Below, in pieces: positions 17,791 to 27,617 of a stretch of 35,662 bases of DNA. Each line of letters starts with the position of its first letter. Positions within the stretch are counted from its first letter, which is position 1. The stretch comes from a virus. Its lineage: Duplodnaviria > Heunggongvirae > Uroviricota > Caudoviricetes. The stretch spans positions 1 through 35,662 of the IMG/VR virus record IMGVR_UViG_2654587570_000002, one strand, 5' to 3'. The position numbers were made by a program, and so were the translations under genes. The notes beneath the pieces are model-generated. The model was not told the DNA's origin. It ran no database searches and saw only the letters and a list, made by a program, of their open reading frames with translations.

Positions 17791-18110
17791 TGCGGAAAGT
17801 ACCTGTACGGGCCGACAAGCCAGCCAAAACTCTGCGGCATGTCGAGTTTCTCCACTTCCGTAACCGACGAGCGGTTTTCGTAAAAATGGCTGATAAGCAT
17901 CAGCATCCCCAGACGAATATCATCCGGCAGGTGCAGCCCGTCCGGATCGCTGTCCGGAATGGTTTCATCCGGTGCATAGAGCTTCCGGTTCAGATACGTT
18001 TCCGTCCGCTTTTGTGCCGCACATGCCAGCAGTTGCAGATGGCGGTCATCAGTATCGAAATCCTCATCCAGCCGGAGTTGGGCTTTAATCTCTTCCATTG
18101 TCAGAAGCAT
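17787..18110 (-). CDS. gp6-like head-tail connector protein
   Basis: MEEIKAQLRLDEDFDTDD..LQLL..AA....E.YL.R.L pattern typical of the family. Confidence 0.6.
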   Translation of the reverse strand: MLLTMEEIKAQLRLDEDFDTDDRHLQLLACAAQKRTETYLNRKLYAPDETIPDSDPDGLHLPDDIRLGMLMLISHFYENRSSVTEVEKLDMPQSFGWLVGPYRYFPQ

Positions 18111-18112
18111 AC

Positions 18113-18313
18113 TCAGCCCTCTTTACTGGTCGTGGCTTTTTTCTCTTTTGCCGCTTTACTGCTTTTTGCACTGATTCCGCGCTCTGCTAACCCGGCCTGA
18201 AGTGCAATCTCCTGCACCCGGGCAGGAAGCGCCCCGTCGTCATACTCACCGGCCCGAATGACCTCAACACGCATACCGTCCGGTGACCATTTCAGATCTT
18301 GTTTCAGGATCAT
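18113..18313 (-). CDS. small hypothetical head-module protein (66 aa, Lys-rich tail)
   Basis: ORF directly downstream of the major capsid gene. Confidence 0.3.
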   Translation of the reverse strand: MILKQDLKWSPDGMRVEVIRAGEYDDGALPARVQEIALQAGLAERGISAKSSKAAKEKKATTSKEG

Positions 18314-18361
18314 GATTCTTCACCCGTCAGAACAGGGGCGCGGTTCCGCGCCCCTGAGTGA

Positions 18362-19567
18362 TTACGCCGCTGCAATCTTCAGCAGTTTGATGGCCTGCGA
18401 ATCGACCAGCATCCCGCCGGTGCGCTTGGTGGTATAAAAACCGACAAACGGTTTATTGGTGTACGGGTCACGCAGAATGCGGGTGCCGATACGGTCAACG
18501 ATGGTGTAACCCCGTTTGAAGTTACCAAATGCAATGGCTTTCGCATCAGCGGCGATATCCGGCATCTGTTCGTTTTCAGCGATACCGTAACCCGCCAGAG
18601 AGGACGGCTGCCCCAGTTCCAGCCCCGGACGCCACAGATAGTTACCCTCGGTGTCTTTCAGCAGACGGATGGCAAACAGGCTGTTGTTGTTCATCATGAA
18701 CTTCGCGCCAGTGCGGTGTGCCTTACGCAGCGTGTAAATCAGTTTGATAATGGCGTCTGCGGTCACCGCGGTCGCTTCGCCGGATACAATATGCTGAAGT
18801 TTGCCGAACGCCCGGACCTTGTCGGTTTCATCAGTGGATTCATACGCCAGGAACCCTTTCGGCTTCTTGGTACCATCGCCGGTGGTAAAGGCAATTTCTT
18901 CCTGTTCGGCAAATTCGGTTGCCAGCTCGCTGTTGATCCAGGCCTCCACGTTGAAAAAGGCATCATCCAGCATTTTCTGGGTGGCCTGCGGGTTACCGTA
19001 GATTTCCCCCATGAAAGGTTCAATCAGCCCCAGTCTGGAAGTGGCAGTCTGGGAGCGCGCGTCAGTCTCGCCAACCCATCCGGAAGCCGTGCCGCCCAGA
19101 TTCACAAGTTTTTTGTAGTCGGAACCGCCAACGGTGATCACCGTGGCTTCCTGGCGCATCACCACTTCATCTTTCAGCAAGGTCAGAATGTTGCGATCCA
19201 GCGCTTCCGGCACGGCATAGCCACCGTCTTCATCGGTGCCCACCTGTAATGCCTTGCGCTCCAGATCGCGCAGACCATCTTCACGGCCTTTACGCAGGAA
19301 GCCCACAAACGCTTCTTTATGCTCGGTGGCCAGTTTATTCTGCGCACCACCTGCCGGACGTTTCAGCTCAAGCAGCTCTTTTTCAAGGTCGCTTTTGAGA
19401 TTTTCCAGCTCGCTGAGTTTTCCGTTCAGGGTTTCCACCTGCCCGGCAAGTTTGCCTTTTTCCTGCTCAATCGCCTCCACGCGCTTGTCGTTCTTTGCTT
19501 TGAAGTCGTCAAACTTCTGCTGCAGCTCCTGCGCGACCTGTTCGACATCTTTAATATCTACCGCCAT
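18362..19567 (-). CDS. major capsid protein, HK97 fold, with N-terminal coiled-coil delta/scaffold domain
   Basis: 401 aa; N-terminal about 100 aa strongly coiled-coil (…LNGKLSELENLKSDLEKELLELK…), C-terminal capsid domain; follows the prohead protease. Confidence 0.85.
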   Translation of the reverse strand: MAVDIKDVEQVAQELQQKFDDFKAKNDKRVEAIEQEKGKLAGQVETLNGKLSELENLKSDLEKELLELKRPAGGAQNKLATEHKEAFVGFLRKGREDGLRDLERKALQVGTDEDGGYAVPEALDRNILTLLKDEVVMRQEATVITVGGSDYKKLVNLGGTASGWVGETDARSQTATSRLGLIEPFMGEIYGNPQATQKMLDDAFFNVEAWINSELATEFAEQEEIAFTTGDGTKKPKGFLAYESTDETDKVRAFGKLQHIVSGEATAVTADAIIKLIYTLRKAHRTGAKFMMNNNSLFAIRLLKDTEGNYLWRPGLELGQPSSLAGYGIAENEQMPDIAADAKAIAFGNFKRGYTIVDRIGTRILRDPYTNKPFVGFYTTKRTGGMLVDSQAIKLLKIAAA

Positions 19568-19581
19568 CGTATTTCTCCTGA

Positions 19582-20232
19582 TTAGAAGTTCAGATTTTTC
19601 AGTGCATTCAGTGCAGAGCTCACATCCTCAGCGTCGCGCAGGGACAGTGCGCTATAGCCCCCGGCCATGAATGCTTTGGCCTGGGTACGGGAGAGTCCGA
19701 CATCACGCAGGACTCTTTCGATTTTTTTCTGTTCGGGGATTTCCCCGCGGGCCAGCGCGTTCTTGACGTCGCTGATCCGTGCCTCGTCGTTAGACGGGAA
19801 CGTCACCAGACTGACTTCCCAGAGGTCGATTTCTTTCAGCAGAAAGGCTTCTTTCGTCCGGTCGTATTCCCAGTCCTTCAGGACGTACCCAATAGAAAGG
19901 CCGGTTAACGAACCGGCCTTCATGTGTGCATGTGCGCGTTTTGCCAGGGGATCATCATCAATGAGCAACCGCCCCCTGACGTAAAGCCCGACATCGTCTT
20001 CCTTCATTTCGGTGTAAACACCGATGGGCTCATCCATGCGGTGCTGCCAGAGCAGCGCAGGTAACGCTTTTCTGTCACTCCACGCCCGCAGGGAAGCAGC
20101 AAATGCCCCGGACATCACCACATCATCGTGGCTGTCCTTTACACCAAAGACGGAGCCATACCCTTCAAACTCACCGGAGTCACTGACAGATTTCAGACTC
20201 AGCGGTACATCAAGACGTTGTTTCGTCTGCAT
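19582..20232 (-). CDS. prohead protease (HK97 family)
   Basis: FEGYGSVFGVKDSHDDVVMSGAF motif; start chosen at the ATG at 20232 with GAAGGA RBS (track start 20268 has none). Confidence 0.8.
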   Translation of the reverse strand: MQTKQRLDVPLSLKSVSDSGEFEGYGSVFGVKDSHDDVVMSGAFAASLRAWSDRKALPALLWQHRMDEPIGVYTEMKEDDVGLYVRGRLLIDDDPLAKRAHAHMKAGSLTGLSIGYVLKDWEYDRTKEAFLLKEIDLWEVSLVTFPSNDEARISDVKNALARGEIPEQKKIERVLRDVGLSRTQAKAFMAGGYSALSLRDAEDVSSALNALKNLNF

Positions 20233-21451
20233 TGGCGTTATCCTTCTGCTTACCGGCTTTACTGCCATCGGAGGGTTTCGTGGTCATGTTCATCGGTGTG
20301 AGATAGACATCCCCACCGGGACGCGGATTCATATCTTCCAGGTCGCGGCAGTCATTGGGAGAGTAAATTCCCCAGTTAATCCCGGTGGCGTAGGCTTCAA
20401 AACGGGACTTCATATCCCCGCGCAGTAACGCCCCGGCGTTAAATTTGGCGTAATAAACGCCCTGCTTACTTTTTCGTACCAGTCCGGTGTTGATCCGCTG
20501 TTCGATGCGGGTCAGATACGGCACCAGTGAATAGTTGATAAATCCGAGCCCCAGTTCTTCGATATTGTTGAAGGTGGCGCGATCGGTGTTCTGCACCATG
20601 TGCAACGGTACCCGGAACAGACGACAGATTTCTTCAAGCTGAAACTTGCGGGTTTCCAGGAACTGGCTGTCCTCGGCGTTCAGCGCCATCGACTTCCAGT
20701 CCAGCCCCATCTCAAGGATCATCGGGCGGTGAGCATTGCCAAGCCCGGTGTGACGCTCCTCAAAATCTTTCTTCAGGCGCTCATAAGCCTGATCTGACAG
20801 CGTCTGCTCTGTACGCAACACACCCGACGTCACCGCACCATTGCTGAACAGTCTGGCCCCGTGCTCTTCAGTCGCTGCCGCCAGCGATATTGCCTCGCGG
20901 GCATAGGCGACGGGATTCAGCCCCACCAGTCCGTCCAGCGTCAGCGTGCGCACATGCCAGATATCCTCCTGGCTCAGCACATCCGTGGAGCCGTCCGGGA
21001 ATGTGACCTGATAGACCGGCTCCCAGCTACTGTTAAGCTTCGGTACCACACAACCGGGATCGACGGGCAGCAGTTCAGCCACTTCGCCAAATGCTTTCAC
21101 TTTGTAGGCGTAAAAGTTTCCCCTCAGGCACAGACAGGTGACCACCAGCTCCCAGAACTCCTGCGGCGTCATATAGCCATTGGGATGCGTGGAGATCAGC
21201 TTATGCAGACGTTCGCCGGTGGCTCTCTGTTTCAGGCTGCCGTTCAGGTGATACAGATTGCAGGGCAACATCCCGACCGACTCTGCCAGCACCCTGACGC
21301 AGGAAAAAACCGCCGTCAGTCGCATGGCCCGCTGGCTGCTGATCTGCTTTCCGGTATAGGTGTCATATGATAGCCCGATAGCCTCCGCCAGCTCTGCTGG
21401 CGTGGTCACCGGTGCGTCACTTTTTCGTTGAAATAATCCCGAAAAGAACAC
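20210..21451 (-). CDS. portal protein (HK97 family)
   Basis: 413 aa, position between large terminase and protease. Confidence 0.85.
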   Translation of the reverse strand: MFFSGLFQRKSDAPVTTPAELAEAIGLSYDTYTGKQISSQRAMRLTAVFSCVRVLAESVGMLPCNLYHLNGSLKQRATGERLHKLISTHPNGYMTPQEFWELVVTCLCLRGNFYAYKVKAFGEVAELLPVDPGCVVPKLNSSWEPVYQVTFPDGSTDVLSQEDIWHVRTLTLDGLVGLNPVAYAREAISLAAATEEHGARLFSNGAVTSGVLRTEQTLSDQAYERLKKDFEERHTGLGNAHRPMILEMGLDWKSMALNAEDSQFLETRKFQLEEICRLFRVPLHMVQNTDRATFNNIEELGLGFINYSLVPYLTRIEQRINTGLVRKSKQGVYYAKFNAGALLRGDMKSRFEAYATGINWGIYSPNDCRDLEDMNPRPGGDVYLTPMNMTTKPSDGSKAGKQKDNANADETTS

Positions 21452-21633
21452 TATTTACCTCCGCCGAAAGACGGCTGTGTACGGTCGAGATATCGCGCCA
21501 CCAGCCACGACCAGAACAGACACAACGCCCCGGCAACAACAAACCCCGCCGGGGGATAAATCAGCCAGGCACCATACGCCAGCAAAAGCGCCCCCAGCAC
21601 GCCCACCAGAGGCGCGAGAATCAGCATGATCAT
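21451..21633 (-). CDS. small membrane protein (60 aa)
   Basis: Almost entirely hydrophobic, two predicted TM helices; between large terminase and portal genes. Confidence 0.35.
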   Translation of the reverse strand: MIMLILAPLVGVLGALLLAYGAWLIYPPAGFVVAGALCLFWSWLVARYLDRTQPSFGGGK

Positions 21634-21644
21634 AATTACCTCAG

Positions 21645-23378
21645 TTAAAGCGAGCGGATCCCATAGGACTCAATGTGGTCAGACAGCGTGTCTTCTTTCT
21701 CGTACAGCATGGCTCTGCCAACCGCCATAATCAGCGCAACTGCACCATCGATTTTGTTTTCCGCCTGCTCTTTGACGGGCTTCACCACATCATCGTTACC
21801 CGGAATGGTTTTGCCGACCACGTTGCCGATACACCAGGTCATGATGGGATTGCCATCATGATGAAAGCGCCCCGATTCAATTGCCGCTTCCAGCTCTTTC
21901 ATCGGGTCGGACATGTTGGTGTAGTTCTGAATGATAGTGATGGGGTTCAGGTCTTCATCAGCAAGGTCATGTGACAACCCGGTCGCCCCGAAGGGGTCGA
22001 TGGGTGACTCACTGACCGGGCTGATTTTGTTCGCCGCTTTGGCCTCCTCGAGGATGTAGCGATAATCCACCTCCGCACCATCGGTAACGGTCAGAACGCC
22101 CATTTCCACCCATTTCTGAAAGCGTTCGGCTGTCCGGCGATCTTCATTTTTCTCGACGCTGTACACCGTGTCATACGGTACCCAGAAACGCGGGGCCACA
22201 CTGTAGTAATGCGTTTTACCGTCAATCTCGCGGGTATAAAGTCGCGCCATGCTGTTCATATCCAGCTTACGCGCCAGGTCAAAGGCCAGAATGCACGGCT
22301 GCCCCTCGAACTGCTCAAGGGTCAGTGATTTATCCTCGCAGCTCTGCCAGCTCACCAGGTTGAAATACGCCGAACGCGCCGACACCCAGATATTGAGGTG
22401 TTTTGTTTTAAAGACGTTTGCCAGACGGGCGTTATTTTTCGCACGCTGCTGCTGACTTAACAAAAATTCGCGATAAACCGACACGCCAATATTTGGATTG
22501 GCTTTTTCCAGCACCTGCGGGTCGGTCCAGTCGTCACCTTCATCAACGGTATAGATGATCCCGAACAGTTCATCGTTAGGCACCGAGCCGTTGAGCATCT
22601 CGATGACTTCCCGCCGTTTGTCGTAGCACGGCCCCTCAATGTTGTACCCGGCGGTAGTGATAGCCCACATCAGTGGCTGACGTCGCGCCCCCATCCCGGT
22701 AAGCATCGTGGTGTAAAGCGCATCTGTGGCGTGCTCGTGATATTCATCCACCACCGCACAGTGGGGTGATGAACCATCACCGGGGTTACCGATCAGCGGT
22801 TCAAAACGCGCACCATCCTCCGGACGGTTCATGTTTGAGGCGTTAACCTCAATCCCGAACGCTTCCGTCAGCATGGGTGTGCGTTTACACATCAGTCTTG
22901 CCGGACGAAAGACTTCCCATGCCTGTTTCTCCGTCGTGGCACCGGAATACACTTCCGCGCCGAACTCGTTATCACAGGCAAAACAATACAGGGCGACACC
23001 GGCAGAGATTGCCGATTTGCCGTTCTTACGGGGGATTTCGGTATACACCTCACGGAAGCGGCGCAGCCGGGAGCCTTTATTGACCCAGCCAAACGCGCAG
23101 CAGATCACAAAGAGCTGCCACGGCTCCAGCGTGATGGGCATCCTCTTAAATGCCCACTCACCCTTAGTGTGCGGCAACAGCTGAATAAATTTCGCGGCCC
23201 GTTCAGCCAGGTCCTTGTCGAAGCGGTAACGAAACGACTTACTTTTTTCCGCCATCAGGTCATCAAGATGGCGCTGGCAGGCCTGAATCACAAACTGGCA
23301 GGCCACAATCTTTCCGCGCACGACATCACGGGCATACTGATTGGCAGCATTTACGTTGGGGTAAGATTTCCGGCTCAT
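21645..23378 (-). CDS. terminase large subunit
   Basis: 577 aa; ATPase and nuclease regions typical of Terminase_1 family; overlaps small subunit stop. Confidence 0.9.
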   Translation of the reverse strand: MSRKSYPNVNAANQYARDVVRGKIVACQFVIQACQRHLDDLMAEKSKSFRYRFDKDLAERAAKFIQLLPHTKGEWAFKRMPITLEPWQLFVICCAFGWVNKGSRLRRFREVYTEIPRKNGKSAISAGVALYCFACDNEFGAEVYSGATTEKQAWEVFRPARLMCKRTPMLTEAFGIEVNASNMNRPEDGARFEPLIGNPGDGSSPHCAVVDEYHEHATDALYTTMLTGMGARRQPLMWAITTAGYNIEGPCYDKRREVIEMLNGSVPNDELFGIIYTVDEGDDWTDPQVLEKANPNIGVSVYREFLLSQQQRAKNNARLANVFKTKHLNIWVSARSAYFNLVSWQSCEDKSLTLEQFEGQPCILAFDLARKLDMNSMARLYTREIDGKTHYYSVAPRFWVPYDTVYSVEKNEDRRTAERFQKWVEMGVLTVTDGAEVDYRYILEEAKAANKISPVSESPIDPFGATGLSHDLADEDLNPITIIQNYTNMSDPMKELEAAIESGRFHHDGNPIMTWCIGNVVGKTIPGNDDVVKPVKEQAENKIDGAVALIMAVGRAMLYEKEDTLSDHIESYGIRSL

Positions 23379-23878
23379 GATTCGATGATTTTCAGAAACG
23401 GGTTAGTGGCTTTCTTCTGCCCCGCCAGGCCAATCAGACGCTGGCGGCTGCTGGGGTCGAGTCCGAGCATTGCCCCCGTACTGCTCATCTCGGACTCCTG
23501 TTCTTTTTTGGCGGTCAGCTCCGGATTTTTGACCCTGCCGCCCATTGCACCGGTGATGGTGTTGCCCTGTCTGGCAATATTTTTCACGGCACGTCGCCAG
23601 AACTCGTAGGCCACGCACCACCGCTCAAGCACCGCGAGGTCAGTCACGCACAGCAGGCCCTGACCGCAGAGTTCTTTAGTTGTCAGTTGCCACATGATCG
23701 TAGCGAGAGGGAGATCTTCTTCAGCGAACCACTCCGGTGGCTCAACACCTTTGATGGGCGTAAAAACAGGTTCATCTTTATTCAGGGCTCGCTTGCCGGG
23801 GTTTCCGGCCAGCGCCTTGCGCGCCGTTGGCTTGGGGCGACGCCCGGAACGCCCCGCCGTTCCAGCCATATGCGGCAC
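23375..23878 (-). CDS. terminase small subunit (P27 family)
   Basis: 167 aa, basic N-terminus ([21 protein letters not shown]...), directly upstream of the large subunit. Confidence 0.8.
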   Translation of the reverse strand: MPHMAGTAGRSGRRPKPTARKALAGNPGKRALNKDEPVFTPIKGVEPPEWFAEEDLPLATIMWQLTTKELCGQGLLCVTDLAVLERWCVAYEFWRRAVKNIARQGNTITGAMGGRVKNPELTAKKEQESEMSSTGAMLGLDPSSRQRLIGLAGQKKATNPFLKIIES

Positions 23879-23918
23879 TCCTGGTTAAATTTCATTTTTC
23901 GCGGGTATAAAAAAACGA

Positions 23919-23967
23919 TGGGGCGGGCAGTCCGGAAGACGTCAGGTCACAGGGATTTGACCCGCCC
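23919..23967. repeat. GC-rich inverted repeat between HNH and small terminase genes (candidate cos/packaging site)
   Basis: GGGGCGGG at 23919-23926 and CCCGCCCC at 23960-23967 flanking a 33-bp spacer. Confidence 0.3.
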
Positions 23968-23994
23968 CTCCCCTCTGGCAGTGGGAACTGGTTC

Positions 23995-24345
23995 TTACTT
24001 CAGCCGTTCACGGGCCGTCTTCGCCTTATGACACAGCCAGCACAGACTCTGCAGATTACTGTCGGCATCAGAGCCGCCATGCGCTTTAGGAATGATGTGG
24101 TCAACGGTTTTCGCCTCACGCACCACACCAGCACGCAGACATAACTGACATAAACCTTTATCACGCTTCAGCACACGCGCGCGGATAACATCCCACTTCG
24201 AACCATAGCCGCGCTGGTGACGGGATTGTCCTGGCTTGTATTGTTTCCAGCCTTCGCTTTTGTGGCTTTCGCAGTAGCCTGACGGGTCAGTCGTGGTATT
24301 GCGGCAGCCGCGAACGCGGCAGGCTTTTGGGATTCTAGGGGGCAT
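23995..24345 (-). CDS. HNH endonuclease (terminase-associated)
   Basis: Cys-rich N-terminus and DHIIPKAHGGSDADSNLQSLCWLCH HNH motif; immediately upstream of small terminase. Confidence 0.85.
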   Translation of the reverse strand: MPPRIPKACRVRGCRNTTTDPSGYCESHKSEGWKQYKPGQSRHQRGYGSKWDVIRARVLKRDKGLCQLCLRAGVVREAKTVDHIIPKAHGGSDADSNLQSLCWLCHKAKTARERLK

Positions 24346-24395
24346 ATAAAAAATTTATAATAAGTAAAATAATAAAGAAAAATGCTCAAAGGCAA

Positions 24396-24950
24396 TTATC
24401 TTGACTCAAATACAAATCTAGAAGAGATGAGCTTATCAAGCATTTTCATAAGTAAATCCTTACTCTCACCACCATTTATATATTTATTAAAGTTAGACTC
24501 GAACTCATGCCAAACTTTTTCTAACTCAGTATTATCAAATAAGTGCTCTGTCGCAAACCATGAAGATTGGCAACAATCGAAAATACTCAAAAGCTCATCA
24601 AATCTTTTAACATTCTCTTCTCCCAACTCAATTTGCTGACTAATAAGATCTACATCTTTAAATAGCCATTTCGCAATAACTTGCTCTCGTTCATCATTGA
24701 GTTGCTCGGGGTCAATATTGACAGGCATAAATAATAGAGCTGTCTTTAATTTCTTTAATGCATTCCTAAAATCTATTTTTACTTTTGTTTTCTCTTGTTC
24801 CCTCCACGTAAATAATGCCTTGAACGCCAAAAACAAAGTAACAATAGTAGCTCCAGCACTCACCCAAGATGCAATCATTGCCCAACAAGCCCACTCAGCA
24901 GCAGCACGGTTTGCTACAAGTGTCTCATATGCAATATAATTTTCGTTCAT
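24396..24950 (-). CDS. hypothetical membrane-anchored protein (184 aa) encoded on an AT-rich moron
   Basis: Strong RBS (GAGGTAAAA-ATG), N-terminal hydrophobic helix (WACWAMIASWVSAGATIVTLFLAF), roughly 30% GC island, palindrome CTCACTATTAACAGTGAG just upstream of the RBS. Confidence 0.55.
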   Translation of the reverse strand: MNENYIAYETLVANRAAAEWACWAMIASWVSAGATIVTLFLAFKALFTWREQEKTKVKIDFRNALKKLKTALLFMPVNIDPEQLNDEREQVIAKWLFKDVDLISQQIELGEENVKRFDELLSIFDCCQSSWFATEHLFDNTELEKVWHEFESNFNKYINGGESKDLLMKMLDKLISSRFVFESR

Positions 24951-25027
24951 TTTTACCTCACTGTTAATAGTGAGAGTATTGTAACTAAAAGCATAATAAC
25001 TAGAACAGTCAAATAAAAATATTTCAC

Positions 25028-25306
25028 CTAATGAATATTATTATTCAAATGCAGATTGTACTTTTGCTCTCCTAACCTACGAAGATCAGACTTATCACGG
25101 TTACATAGCCCCAGTGCTGATAGCAGACTTACATTCAAACTAAGACTATCCCCATAAGTCAGAGGATTGGGTATAACTGGCTGTGGAGTTTCAGCGAGCA
25201 GGTTCGCCGGTAACGGTATCGTTGGAACCTGCACGTATACTGTCCGCGTACTTCCGCAACCGGTCAGCAGCGACATCAGGCACAGGGCGTGAAGCGCAAT
25301 CATCAT
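25028..25306 (-). CDS. Rz1-like o-spanin lipoprotein (overlapping Rz in another frame)
   Basis: MMIALHALCLMSLLTGC lipobox followed by Pro-rich sequence; embedded in and extending past the Rz gene. Confidence 0.5.
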   Translation of the reverse strand: MMIALHALCLMSLLTGCGSTRTVYVQVPTIPLPANLLAETPQPVIPNPLTYGDSLSLNVSLLSALGLCNRDKSDLRRLGEQKYNLHLNNNIH

Positions 25307-25583
25307 CCGCAACAGCCACTTTGATATCTTCCTGGGTTCTCTGTGACTCCAGTGCGATCTGCTGTTTTGCATGCTGGTTAGCCTCCAAAACTGTATTGAC
25401 GATTTGCATTGATTGCAGGACGTTATTGGTAATGGCAGTTGCTGATTCAGCATTTTGTAAAGCCTCATCAGCACGTTTCTTTTCGTACTGATATTTGCTG
25501 TAGTAGTAGTTGGCTGACCAGATGAAAGAACCAATGGCAGTAACGAAAAAAGCAGCGATAATCAGCTTATAACTCAACTTCAT
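25191..25583 (-). CDS. Rz-like i-spanin
   Basis: N-terminal TM helix then coiled-coil; follows the endolysin with overlap. Confidence 0.7.
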   Translation of the reverse strand: MKLSYKLIIAAFFVTAIGSFIWSANYYYSKYQYEKKRADEALQNAESATAITNNVLQSMQIVNTVLEANQHAKQQIALESQRTQEDIKVAVADDDCASRPVPDVAADRLRKYADSIRAGSNDTVTGEPAR

Positions 25584-26043
25584 TTACCACCCCACCAGCC
25601 TCTTTAAATCGGGCAATCAGGTCACCGATTTTATGTTCATACTGACCGTAACCTGCGCCCGGCAGTGAAGCCCAGATATTGCTGCAACGATCGATAGCCT
25701 GACGGATATCACCGCGATCAATCATCGGTAAAGCGCCACGCTCTTTAATCTGCTGCAATGCCACTGCGTCCTGGCTTTTGGGGGAGAAGTCTTTCAGACC
25801 AAGCTGTTTACGGTAAGCATCCCACCATCGGGAAAGAATCTGGTAGCGTCCAGCAGCCGTTGATTTAAGTTTTGGGTTTAGCGTGACAAGTTTGCGAGGG
25901 TGGTCGGAGTAATCAGTGAAGAGTTCACCACCGACAATAACGTCATAACCGTGGTTACATGTCGGTTGCCGTCCATTATCCGTTCCTTCTGACCATGCCA
26001 CCATATCGAGGAAAGCTTTACGCTGGGAATTTAGTACCTGCAT
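25567..26043 (-). CDS. R: endolysin, lambda R-type lytic transglycosylase
   Basis: NSQRKAFLDMVAWSEGTDNGRQPTCNHGYDVIVGGELFTDYSDHPRKLVTLNPKLKSTAAGRYQ... is near-identical in pattern to lambda gpR as recalled. Confidence 0.9.
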   Translation of the reverse strand: MQVLNSQRKAFLDMVAWSEGTDNGRQPTCNHGYDVIVGGELFTDYSDHPRKLVTLNPKLKSTAAGRYQILSRWWDAYRKQLGLKDFSPKSQDAVALQQIKERGALPMIDRGDIRQAIDRCSNIWASLPGAGYGQYEHKIGDLIARFKEAGGVVNEVEL

Positions 26044-26046
26044 AAA

Positions 26047-26382
26047 TTACTCCTTAGAGCCACCAAACTTGTTACCGATTACTCTCATTGCAGCCCCACG
26101 AATTGCATCGACCCCGATCAGCCCCACCCCACCACCAATGGCAACAGAAAGCGATTTAGGCCATCCGACATACTCAAGCGCGGATGCAAAGGTCAGCGTC
26201 AGAGCGCCACAGAGCAAAATTTCGAGTGTTTTTCGTTTCCAGCCGCCACCACCACCAAAATAGGCAATACGCAAACCAGCCATAACAATCGACATAATCA
26301 CTGCGCCCAGCGGCGTATCTCCACGCCACCAGCTCTGGAACAACTCCAGCCAGTCCGGCCAGGTATTTGGGTTATGAGGCAT
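26047..26382 (-). CDS. S: holin, lambda S family
   Basis: Three hydrophobic segments and C-terminal basic tail; pattern IAYFGGGGGWKRKT / GLIGVDAIRG resembles lambda S; start set at the ATG at 26382 (in-frame GTG and ATG upstream could give a longer form). Confidence 0.7.
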   Translation of the reverse strand: MPHNPNTWPDWLELFQSWWRGDTPLGAVIMSIVMAGLRIAYFGGGGGWKRKTLEILLCGALTLTFASALEYVGWPKSLSVAIGGGVGLIGVDAIRGAAMRVIGNKFGGSKE

Positions 26383-26459
26383 TTCGTCATCTCTCACCTC
26401 GCGATTATTTGCGGGTGCTGTGTTGGAAATAAAAAGGCCACGCAACGTGGCCACCAGAA

Positions 26460-27249
26460 TTATTTCCCCACCAGTTCACTTACCTCTTTCACTGTCTGGT
26501 TAAACCGATCTGACTCAAGCTCAACACCTAACGCCCGACGCCCCAGCTCCATTGCTGCTTTTATTGTGGAACCAGATCCCATAAAAAAATCAGCAACCAG
26601 ATCACCTGGTCGACTACTGGCATTGATTATTTGCCGGAGCATATCCGCCGGTTTCTCACACGGATGTTTACCCGGGTAGAACTGAACGGGTTTATGCGTC
26701 CAGACATCGGTATAAGGCACGGAGACTGATACGGAGAAATAGCGCCGGAGAGATTTAAACTCATCCAGCAATTCAGAATATTTGCGATTCAGTGAATCAT
26801 AAGATGCCACCAGCTGGTGGTGTGTCTGTTCCAGTTGTTGTTCCTGAAACTTCTCTGCCGCTATACGGGAAAACAGTGCCTGCAACTTCCGGTAGTCAGC
26901 CTCATTCGGCAACTGCCACTGACTGGCACCAAACCAGTGGGAAACCATGTTTTTCTTACCAGTGTTCACGCATCATGATCTCGATATCAGATGCCAGGCG
27001 ATGTCCACAGAACAGGTAAAGGCTTCCGGCAGGTTTCAGCACCCGCCAGAACTGAGCCAGACAGTGGTCCAGCCACTTAAGGTAATCTTCGTCCCCTTTC
27101 CACTGATTGTCCCAACCGTTGGGCTTCACTTTGAAGTACGGCGGATCGGTAACTATCAGGTCAATGGAATCATCAGGCAGGGACTGAATAAAATGCAGGC
27201 AATCAGCGTTGATTAAATCAACACTGTTTATTTTTACAGTATTTTTCAT
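26460..27249 (-). pseudogene. beta-class DNA methyltransferase (motif IV DPPY then motif I FxGxG), split into two ORFs by a frameshift
   Basis: ORF 26956-27249 has IDLIVTDPPYF; ORF 26460-26969 has DLVADFFMGSGSTIKAA; the two overlap by 14 nt in different frames. Confidence 0.65.
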
Positions 27250-27398
27250 GAATCAGTAAGCGTAACTCTGGTAGGCTCACTCTGCTTTTGCGCTAAAGCA
27301 GTGGGCCATGGTTCGCTTGTGACCAGTAAGCATGAGCGAATGGCTGGCAGGTGCTACCAACACCCACCAGCCGCCCATTTTCACAAATTAAAAGCCCT

Positions 27399-27617
27399 TC
27401 ATTGCTGAAGGCGTCTGTAACAGCCGAACTGGTAATCTGCCAGCCCCGCCATAACCAGCTGGGTCAGTATTAACTGACAGCGTTCGCGTGAAAGGTATGT
27501 GTTTTGTGCTATCTCCCCGACTGTTGCCGGTTCGACGCTTAATTCATTAAAAACAACTTTCGCCGTTTCTGTCATATCTAGCTGTTTTAGCATGTCTTTT
27601 TTCCTTCTGGTTAACAT
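27399..27617 (-). CDS. hypothetical small protein (72 aa), first gene of the late operon
   Basis: ORF immediately downstream of the tR'-like terminator; possible winged-helix character only. Confidence 0.35.
   Translation of the reverse strand: MLTRRKKDMLKQLDMTETAKVVFNELSVEPATVGEIAQNTYLSRERCQLILTQLVMAGLADYQFGCYRRLQQ

Noticed and set aside
16366-19670. Long plus-strand ORFs (16366-16956, 16968-17543, 17416-17883, 17760-18200, 18716-19249, 19236-19670) opposite head/neck genes
   Set aside because: All are antisense to syntenic structural genes with recognisable family features; compositionally biased translations; no RBS.
25028-25534. Track ORF of 168 aa on the minus strand
   Set aside because: Only the C-terminal 92 codons (from the ATG at 25306) carry a lipobox and spanin-like sequence; the upstream part is the alternative frame of Rz.
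26382-26454. Longer holin form starting at the ATG at 26454
   Set aside because: The ATG at 26382 has a better-placed RBS and gives a typical lambda-type S length; the upstream extension has no hydrophobic character. Dual-start regulation cannot be excluded.
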